The notes under the pieces were generated by a model. That model searched no databases and was not told the origin of the DNA. It saw only the letters and a program-made list of their open reading frames with translations. This document shows, piece after piece, positions 25,490-32,000 of a stretch of 32,000 nt of DNA. Source of the stretch: Candidatus Omnitrophota bacterium (GTDB taxonomy: Bacteria; Omnitrophota; Gorgyraeia; Zapsychrales; JANLHA01); contig OY759724.1 in NCBI GenBank assembly GCA_963662715.1, positions 2,550,001-2,582,000 of the forward strand, written 5' to 3'. Within the stretch, counting starts at the first letter, position 1; each line of letters begins with the position of its first letter. The translations under genes and the position numbers were made by a program.

Positions 25490-28400
25490 TTGTCTTTGGG
25501 AAGAATACTCTGTTCCAGAATTTTTAGTTATGTATTAACGATAATAATCACTTTCACCTTTGTTTTTTACCCTCTGACACCTTCCCGTTATGTTTTTGCC
25601 CGGGAAGCGGCCATCCTCGGTTTGCCTGTTCCAGGAACACAGCTCCGGACGTCTGAAAGCTATGAGCCGGCTCTTGTCAAAGGCATAACGATATATCCCG
25701 ACAAGCCTCTGCAATTTAATTTTATTGTTCATCCGGGGGATGACCGGTTGAAGGGTGAGGCCCTGCAGCAGGAATCTTTAAAGATGATTAAATATTTCCT
25801 GGCTACCCTGACTATCCCGAAAGACGAGATGTGGGTCAATTTGTCCCCTTATGAGAAGGACCGCATTATTCCTGAAAATCTCGGTATAACGGAAATAGGC
25901 CGGGACATGCTGGCGCAGGATTATCTTCTTAAGCAGTTAACCGCTTCCTTAATATATCCGGAAGAGTCCCTGGGCCGCCGTTTCTGGGACCGCGTCTATA
26001 ACAAAGTGTATAAGGAATTCGGATTAAAAGAGGTCCCGATCAACACCTTTAATAAAGTCTGGATCGTCCCGGATAAAGCCGTTGTTTACGAACATGACAA
26101 TACCGCGTTTGTCATTGACCAGCATTTGAAAGTCATGCTGGAGGAAGATTATCTTGCCTTGCAGGAAAGCCGGGGTTCGGATGTTTTCCGCAAAAAGAAG
26201 ATGGATGAAAAAGAGATTTCGGGCATCAACCACGTCTCCTCGGAAATTCTGCGCACCATTATTATCCCTGAGATAGAAAAGGAAGTTAACTCAGGCAGAA
26301 CGTTTGCCGACTTAAGGCAGATCTATAACGCCATGATTCTGGGTATATGGTACAAACAGACACTCAAGAATAGTTTGTTGGCGTCTGTTTATGCCGACCA
26401 AAATAAAATTGTCGGCGTGGATGTTGATGATAAGGAGATCAAAGAAAAGATTTACAGACTTTACATTGAAGCGTACGGGAAAGGGGTCTTCAATTATATC
26501 CGTGAAGATACTGATCCCCAGACGCAGGATGTCATCCCGAGAAAATATTTCTCCGGGGGACTGGTGGCCCCGGCCCAGGTTACGGTCAAGAACGATTTCG
26601 CTCAATTGAATACTGCCGAAAGGCGGAATGTCCGCACGATCGTCAGTTCCCCGATCCAGCATCAGGGGATTATTGTCAAAACTTTGGAGCTGAGCCGTCC
26701 GGATGCTGAGGCCCGGATTTTAGACATGCTGCGGCAGGCTCTGTTAAAAGATGAGGGGAGAACGTTCAGCGTTCTTCAGGACGTGGCCGATTTATTATCC
26801 CGGGACGACATGAGGACGATCCCTGATATTCGTGCGGCCCTGGAGCCCTTCAGGGGACGGTATTTTTATGACCTGGCCTACGGATATCAGAAAGACAGCC
26901 TTGTGCTGGAGCGGGGGGCGGAACTCTGGCTGGTCGTTGATGCGGCCAAGAGAGAAGGGGACCGGCTTTACCGGTACATCAAGGCCCGGGACAGTGTTAA
27001 GGAAGAAGGCGACAAAGATATCCGTGAGATCATGGATTTCCCGGAGAGTCACTGGCAGATCGTGCGGGTCCGCAAGGGCGACCTGGAACAGGACAAGCTT
27101 ATTGATCTGCAGTTGATCGAAGACCATGATTTCCGTGTTATTGACCTGGTGGAAGAAGGGCGGGATTTAAGAGAAGATGATATCGGGCAGGGTATCGAAG
27201 GAGCCAGAGACAGGATTATCGGGGAACTGGATTATCAGGATTATTTGCAGTCGTTTGTGTCGAGATTGCAGGGAAAAACGATAATGGACGAGAGCGGCCG
27301 GACCATCCCGTTATTTGTGAATGAAAAAATCCGGACCGGGGAAGATTTATTAACGGCTTTTGAACAGGCCCGTCCTTTTCTCGATCAGTTCGATGAGAGC
27401 GACCCTATGGAGGATGTGTATGCGCGTTTGCGGGATGTAGGCCTGGAACGCGGCTGGGGAGACACGCTGTCCGAAATGAAGACGAGGCTGGATTTGCTGC
27501 TGGAATCCGCCGGGGCTGCAGATTCCGTGAGCAGAAAAAGCCTTTTAATGGAACTGGATGACCTGACCCCCACAGCGTTATCAGCCGTCTTTGTGAGTAC
27601 CCATGGATGGTTTGTCCAGGAAAATGCTTTCGGGAAACCCGATACGGGCGGTCAGGTGAGTTTTGTGCGGGACGAAGCCAAAGCCATGGCTAAAGAGATC
27701 GCCGGTAAGATGGAAAGAGCCGGGATTCCCGGTAAAGCTGTCGCCCTGATATTCACGCGCCTGATTCCCAAAGCCGAGGACACGACCGCCGATCTTCCGG
27801 AGGAGTCGGTCTACGAGGATGACCGTCAGGTCGTTAAACTGGTCCGGGTGCCTTTTGAGGATCAGGAGCGGTCCGGGGAGGTCAGGGGCCGTCCGCAACC
27901 TAAAAATATTCTGGAAGTCATTCAGGCTTTTATCCGGCGGTTTGAAATATGGTCGTATATTACTCAGGAAGAATTTATTAATACGGCCGGAGCCAGGATA
28001 ACAGAGGTGATGAACAGGTACGGGCAGGAGGGGCCGGATATTATTATGGGGAATTATTCCGACGGGAACCTGCTGGCGGGCAAATTGTCGGACTATTATG
28101 GCGGGAACGTCCCGGTTGTCATGACAGCCCATGCCCTGGAATTGAGCAAATATTTTAAAAGCATGCTGGAAAACGGCCGCCTGATCGATAACTGGTTTGA
28201 GACGGAAGACGGCCGTTATTTGGCGGCCCAGGCTTTGATCGATGCCTGGGTGATGCGTAAGGCCGATATTATCGAGACGAGCACGTTGCTGGAAATACTC
28301 GGCCAGTATTCCTATTATGAATCATTTGAATTTGAAAATCTTTTCCGGGTGGATAACGGGATTAAACTTACGGACGGAAAGTTTGTCCTGAATGAACCCA

Positions 28401-29686
28401 GCGTTGACCAGCGGACAGTAACAAACCCGGACGGGCTGTTCTTCGCCTATGAAGGGCCTGATGATGTCCGCCGGCAGGAGTTTGCCGATGCCAATGCTCT
28501 CTGGCAGGCCAAGATTTTTGCTGCTCCTGATGGCAAAAATAAAGTCTACGACCGGTTCGCTGACTGGAAAGATTCATCCAAACCGGTTGTTTTCACGATG
28601 GCGCGTTTTGATTCCCGGAAAAATATTGCGGGCCTGGTTGAGGAGTTCGCTAAAGCGGGCCTTAAAGACAGGGCCAATCTGGTGATCGTCGGCGGCAACA
28701 CGGATTATATTATCGACGGAGACGGCAAGGTCGTCTTTAAAAGCCAGGACGGGTCTGACGACATGAACGCCGAGGAACTCGCTATCGCGGAAAAGATTCT
28801 TGCCTTAGTGGAGCAATACGGTTTAGACGGACACATCCGCTGGATTTCGGCCAGTACTATTGCCCGTGAATCGGCTGAATTGTACCGGGTTATGGAAGCC
28901 CATCCCCAGGGGGCGATTTTCGCCCAGCCGGCTATTTTTGAGGCTTTTGGTTTAACAATTCTGGAAGCTATGGTCACAAAACTTATGGTTGTGGCTACGG
29001 ATCAGGGAGGCCCGGCAGAGATCATCCGCCATCACCAGGACGGTTTTCTGGCCAATCCTGAAATCCCGGGAGAGTTCGGGGAACGGTTGGGGGAAGCTTT
29101 GGATGCCCTGGCCAACGCTGAACAGAAACAGGCGATTATCCATTCTGCCCTGGAACGGATCGCCAGTAAATACAGCTGGCGCAGGCGGGTGCAGAGAACC
29201 TTGCAGGCGACGAAATTGTTTTCCACGCTTAATGATGTTGACCGGAATCAGCGTCCGGACCACTGGCAGGCCCGGAAACAATCCCAGGAGAAGGTTTACC
29301 GGGATATCCTGGATATGATTGACAATCTGGTGTGGGTTCATAAACTGGACCTTATTCCGCCGGAAGCACAGCCGGAAATGGAAAACCTGATCGGTGAGCA
29401 ATTCAGAACGGGGGCGGAAGCCGTTTCAAGCCCGCTGGCTCAGGACGCCGAGACAGATGCCGGGTCTTATTACGGCGGTATCGATTTGAATTCAGATATG
29501 CTGGACCTGCAGATCAAACGTGACGGCCGGGGCGTGGCCCTGCCGCTTCCTCAGCAGCCGATTCAGAATATGACAATCCAGGGATTCATGCCGATCATCA
29601 TTGATGTTGTCCCGGTGAATGTTCCCTTGTTGTTAGGGACCTTGGAAAGCTCCTCTGATAATATGCCGTCCGATGACGAAACATAG
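25490..29686 (+). CDS. Giant chimeric protein: N-terminal hydrophobic segment, unrecognised ~400-aa module, full-length sucrose-synthase-like GT-B glycosyltransferase, and a C-terminal hydrophobic/acidic tail
   Basis: AAGGAG (25478-25483) lies 6 nt before TTG 25490 (the ORF is open from 25463). SuSy hallmarks occur in canonical order: GLERGWGDT (about 27440), FGKPDTGGQV (about 27638), GNYSDGNLLA (about 28047), TAHALELSKY, ADIIETSTLLEI, FTMARFDSRKNIAGLVE, IRWISA...AELYR and PAIFEAFGLTILEAM (about 28940). Confidence 0.8.
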   Translation: MSLGRILCSRIFSYVLTIIITFTFVFYPLTPSRYVFAREAAILGLPVPGTQLRTSESYEPALVKGITIYPDKPLQFNFIVHPGDDRLKGEALQQESLKMIKYFLATLTIPKDEMWVNLSPYEKDRIIPENLGITEIGRDMLAQDYLLKQLTASLIYPEESLGRRFWDRVYNKVYKEFGLKEVPINTFNKVWIVPDKAVVYEHDNTAFVIDQHLKVMLEEDYLALQESRGSDVFRKKKMDEKEISGINHVSSEILRTIIIPEIEKEVNSGRTFADLRQIYNAMILGIWYKQTLKNSLLASVYADQNKIVGVDVDDKEIKEKIYRLYIEAYGKGVFNYIREDTDPQTQDVIPRKYFSGGLVAPAQVTVKNDFAQLNTAERRNVRTIVSSPIQHQGIIVKTLELSRPDAEARILDMLRQALLKDEGRTFSVLQDVADLLSRDDMRTIPDIRAALEPFRGRYFYDLAYGYQKDSLVLERGAELWLVVDAAKREGDRLYRYIKARDSVKEEGDKDIREIMDFPESHWQIVRVRKGDLEQDKLIDLQLIEDHDFRVIDLVEEGRDLREDDIGQGIEGARDRIIGELDYQDYLQSFVSRLQGKTIMDESGRTIPLFVNEKIRTGEDLLTAFEQARPFLDQFDESDPMEDVYARLRDVGLERGWGDTLSEMKTRLDLLLESAGAADSVSRKSLLMELDDLTPTALSAVFVSTHGWFVQENAFGKPDTGGQVSFVRDEAKAMAKEIAGKMERAGIPGKAVALIFTRLIPKAEDTTADLPEESVYEDDRQVVKLVRVPFEDQERSGEVRGRPQPKNILEVIQAFIRRFEIWSYITQEEFINTAGARITEVMNRYGQEGPDIIMGNYSDGNLLAGKLSDYYGGNVPVVMTAHALELSKYFKSMLENGRLIDNWFETEDGRYLAAQALIDAWVMRKADIIETSTLLEILGQYSYYESFEFENLFRVDNGIKLTDGKFVLNEPSVDQRTVTNPDGLFFAYEGPDDVRRQEFADANALWQAKIFAAPDGKNKVYDRFADWKDSSKPVVFTMARFDSRKNIAGLVEEFAKAGLKDRANLVIVGGNTDYIIDGDGKVVFKSQDGSDDMNAEELAIAEKILALVEQYGLDGHIRWISASTIARESAELYRVMEAHPQGAIFAQPAIFEAFGLTILEAMVTKLMVVATDQGGPAEIIRHHQDGFLANPEIPGEFGERLGEALDALANAEQKQAIIHSALERIASKYSWRRRVQRTLQATKLFSTLNDVDRNQRPDHWQARKQSQEKVYRDILDMIDNLVWVHKLDLIPPEAQPEMENLIGEQFRTGAEAVSSPLAQDAETDAGSYYGGIDLNSDMLDLQIKRDGRGVALPLPQQPIQNMTIQGFMPIIIDVVPVNVPLLLGTLESSSDNMPSDDET

Positions 29687-29770
29687 TCTTTAGGTCTGCC
29701 CGAGAAATTGAGCATTCCTGTCGTGCTGGACGGGAATGCGGCATTTTTATGGCGGAGACAGGACATTTCA

Positions 29771-29805
29771 AAAAGAGATCAACCATAAGGTTGATCTCTT
29801 TTTTG
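29771..29805. terminator. Strong rho-independent terminator (A-tract / hairpin / T-tract, potentially bidirectional)
   Basis: aaaAGAGATCAACC-ataa-GGTTGATCTCTttttt is a perfect 11-bp stem. Confidence 0.8.
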
Positions 29806-29977
29806 TGTCCGGGAAGGGGCGTTGCGAATCGTAAGCCTAGGAACCGGAAACTGTGCTGTCGGGGGCAGCGTTCTTAACGGGGCAGGGCAAAGGGCCGACT
29901 TTAATGGTTGAGATTTCTATCTGCCGGTGTTACATTAAGAAGGAAATTTTTAACGACATAATTTGGAGAATAACTCT

Positions 29978-30736
29978 ATGAATATTAATTTTAGTAAACC
30001 CGCTGTTGAGATTAACGATTTGACCGTGGCTTATCAAGAGAGTCCTGTCTTATGGGATATTGATCTTAATATTCCCAAAGGGGTTTTATCCGCCATCATC
30101 GGGCCTAACGGAGCGGGTAAAAGTACGCTCATCAAGGCCATTTTGGGACTGCTGCGGCCCGTGGCCGGCGAGGTTTTTGTTTTCGGCGAGCCTTACAAAA
30201 AACAGCGTCAGGTGGTGGGGTATGTTCCTCAGAGAACCAGTGTTGACTGGGATTTTCCTGCCAGTGTTTTGGATGTCGTGATGATGGGGCTTTACGGCCG
30301 GTTGGGATGGATTAAACGCCCCGGTAAAGCGGAAAAGGATATGGCGCTGGAAGCTTTGCATAAAATGGGCATGGCGGAGTTTGCCGGCCGCCAGATCAGT
30401 CAATTATCCGGAGGGCAGCAGCAGCGGACCTTCCTGGCCCGGGCTCTGGTTCAGGATGCGCTGGTTTATTTTATGGATGAACCTCTGCAGGGTGTCGATA
30501 TCCACACGGAGAAAGCCGTTATCCGTTTGCTGCATGAATTGCGCGACCAGGGAAAGACCCTGATGGTGGTTCATCATGACCTGCAGACAGTTTCGGAATA
30601 TTTTGACTGGGTCGTGATGCTGAACAAACGTTTAACTGTGAGCGGGAAAGTGGAGGATGTTTTTACGGAAGAGAATCTTCGGCAGACATACCGCGGCATG
30701 ATGTCGTTCATGCATAAGACCGTACCGGCCAGTTGA
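29978..30736 (+). CDS. Metal (Mn/Zn/Fe) ABC transporter ATP-binding protein, TroB/MntB/ZnuC-like
   Basis: Walker A GPNGAGKST, signature LSGGQQQRTFLARAL, Walker B YFMDEP and H-loop VVHHDL are present. GGAG lies 9 nt before ATG 29978. Confidence 0.88.
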   Translation: MNINFSKPAVEINDLTVAYQESPVLWDIDLNIPKGVLSAIIGPNGAGKSTLIKAILGLLRPVAGEVFVFGEPYKKQRQVVGYVPQRTSVDWDFPASVLDVVMMGLYGRLGWIKRPGKAEKDMALEALHKMGMAEFAGRQISQLSGGQQQRTFLARALVQDALVYFMDEPLQGVDIHTEKAVIRLLHELRDQGKTLMVVHHDLQTVSEYFDWVVMLNKRLTVSGKVEDVFTEENLRQTYRGMMSFMHKTVPAS

Positions 30737-31878
30737 TCACAATTATGATTGATTTTATCCAGACAATTTGGGGGGATTACACTTTACGGACCGTTATCAT
30801 GGGAACAGCTCTGCTGGGCATGGTCAACGGGGTTCTGGGGTGTTTTGCCTTTTTGCGCCGTCAAAGCCTGCTGGGTGACTCCATCGCGCACGCGGCCCTG
30901 CCGGGCATCGCGTTGGCGTTTTTATTAACGGGAAGTAAGGCCACGATTGTTTTGATTATCGGTGCTGCTGTTTCGGGATGGCTGGGAATGCTGCTGGTGA
31001 TGTCTATTATCCGGATGACCCGGATCAAAGAGGACAGCGCCCTGGGCATGATGTTATCGGTCTTTTTCGGCCTGGGGATGGTGCTTTTGACATTTATCAA
31101 CCGTCTGCCCACAGCGAGCAAGGCCGGGTTACAAAAGTTTTTGTTCGGAATGGCCGCGACAATGCTGGAAAGTGATGTCCTGGCCATGGCCGTTCTGGGA
31201 TTGCTTGTTTTGTTTTTAGTGATTGTGTTCTGGAAAGAATTCAAGCTCTTGTCCTTTAACCCGGAGTACGGAGAAACATTGGGCTATCCGGTGCATCTTT
31301 TGGATGTTTTGTTAACGGCGATGATCGTTATGTCTATCGTGATTGGACTGGAGGCTGTGGGCGTTATTTTAATGAGTTCCCTGATCGTGGCCCCGGCCGC
31401 GGCCGCCCGGCAGTGGACAGACCGGTTGAACGTGATGGTCGTTTTGGCTGCTGTTTTCGGGGCCAGTTCCGGTATATTCGGCGCGCTGTTAAGCGGCGCG
31501 GTCAGCCGTTTGTCGACCGGGCCGACCATTGTTTTATTTGTTACGGCGGTATTTGTTGTTTCCTTTATTATTTCTCCTAAACGGGGTATCCTTTTTACCT
31601 GGATCCGCCGGGTGCAAAGCCGCCATAAAATCCGTTTTGAAAATGTCCTCACCGACCTTTATCATTTGTCCCTTCATCATGCAGAGCCGCGGGGGCATCC
31701 GGTGCCGGTTCTGCGGACGATGAACTCCAGGGGCGTCGGTATTCAAAGAAGTCTAAACCTCATGCAGCGTCTGGGGCTAGTCCGGCAGACGAAAAGGGAT
31801 CTCTGGATTTTGACGGAAAAGGGAACGGCCGAAGCTGAGAAAATATTGAAACAGCGGGGAGCACCGAATGGATATTGA
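30733..31878 (+). CDS. ABC-3 family metal transporter permease (TroC/MntC-like) fused to a C-terminal DtxR-like winged-helix domain
   Basis: The permease core includes FLRRQSLLGDSIAHAALPGIA. After the last TM (about aa 293) comes an ~88-aa tail, ENVLTDLYHLSLHHAEPRGHPVPVLRTMNSRGVGIQRSLNLMQRLGLVRQTKRDLWILTEKGTAEAEKIL, which resembles the DtxR/MntR N-terminal wHTH. TTG 30733 overlaps the upstream TGA; ATG 30745 is an alternative start. Confidence 0.8.
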   Translation: MITIMIDFIQTIWGDYTLRTVIMGTALLGMVNGVLGCFAFLRRQSLLGDSIAHAALPGIALAFLLTGSKATIVLIIGAAVSGWLGMLLVMSIIRMTRIKEDSALGMMLSVFFGLGMVLLTFINRLPTASKAGLQKFLFGMAATMLESDVLAMAVLGLLVLFLVIVFWKEFKLLSFNPEYGETLGYPVHLLDVLLTAMIVMSIVIGLEAVGVILMSSLIVAPAAAARQWTDRLNVMVVLAAVFGASSGIFGALLSGAVSRLSTGPTIVLFVTAVFVVSFIISPKRGILFTWIRRVQSRHKIRFENVLTDLYHLSLHHAEPRGHPVPVLRTMNSRGVGIQRSLNLMQRLGLVRQTKRDLWILTEKGTAEAEKILKQRGAPNGY

Positions 31879-32000
31879 AACCATTCAGATTATTCTGATT
31901 GCCTGTTTAACGGCAGCGACATGCGCGGTGCTGGGCGTTTTTCTTGTCCTGCGCCGTATGGCTTTAATGAGCGATGCGATCAGTCATTCGATTCTGTTGG
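31868..32000 (+). CDS. Second ABC-3 metal transporter permease (TroD/MntD-like), 5' partial (runs off the window)
   Basis: The translation MDIETIQIILIACLTAATCAVLGVFLVLRRMALMSDAISHSILL parallels the N-terminus of the preceding permease (LRR..L.GD.I.H..L). It overlaps the upstream gene's end by 11 nt. Confidence 0.7.
   Translation, partial: MDIETIQIILIACLTAATCAVLGVFLVLRRMALMSDAISHSILL

Noticed and set aside
29827-29845. A DtxR/MntR-like operator (GTAAGCCTAGG resembles the centre of the TTAGGTTAGCCTAACCTAA box) upstream of the metal ABC operon.
   Set aside because: Only the central CCTAGG is palindromic. The flanks do not mirror each other, and the site is about 135 nt from the start codon. 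This is not enough to call.
1-32000. Scan for CRISPR arrays, tRNA/rRNA genes, IS elements, integrases, toxin-antitoxin pairs and known defence-system genes.
   Set aside because: No spaced direct repeats, cloverleaf-like sequences, transposase or recombinase motifs, or recognisable defence-gene motifs were seen by eye. This is a negative result without tool support (tRNAscan, ISfinder and DefenseFinder would confirm it).

Overview
This is a chromosomal window from a diderm (outer-membrane-bearing) bacterium of moderate GC content. All but one of the roughly 28 genes lie on the + strand. I saw no rRNA, tRNA, CRISPR array, transposase or integrase.

Recognisable core functions are:
- a molybdate ABC importer, modABC (3263-5826);
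- a molybdenum-cofactor block, moaA-moaC plus a MOSC-domain gene (20938-22859);
- an MscS-family channel, the only minus-strand gene;
- a TroBCD/MntBCD-type metal ABC importer at the 3' end.

Between and around these lie poorly characterised envelope genes:
- a DUF2975 + Cro/C1 HTH pair;
- a decayed nucleotidyltransferase fragment;
- an orphan phage-tail-tube-like protein (T4 gp19 fold family) carrying a signal peptide;
- a MATE transporter translationally coupled to a dedicated ACP and a divergent beta-ketoacyl synthase, followed by a 1066-aa secreted multidomain protein;
- an outer-membrane beta-barrel and a membrane-anchored metallophosphoesterase;
- a 675-aa polytopic protein with an embedded spermidine-synthase-like domain;
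- an ICMT-type methyltransferase, a second MATE transporter, and a 1.4-kaa ORF.

That 1.4-kaa ORF is the most unusual object. A complete sucrose-synthase (SuSy) homologue is embedded between an N-terminal hydrophobic segment plus an unrecognised ~400-aa module and a C-terminal hydrophobic/acidic tail.

All family assignments come from motif recognition by eye. No database searches were run.
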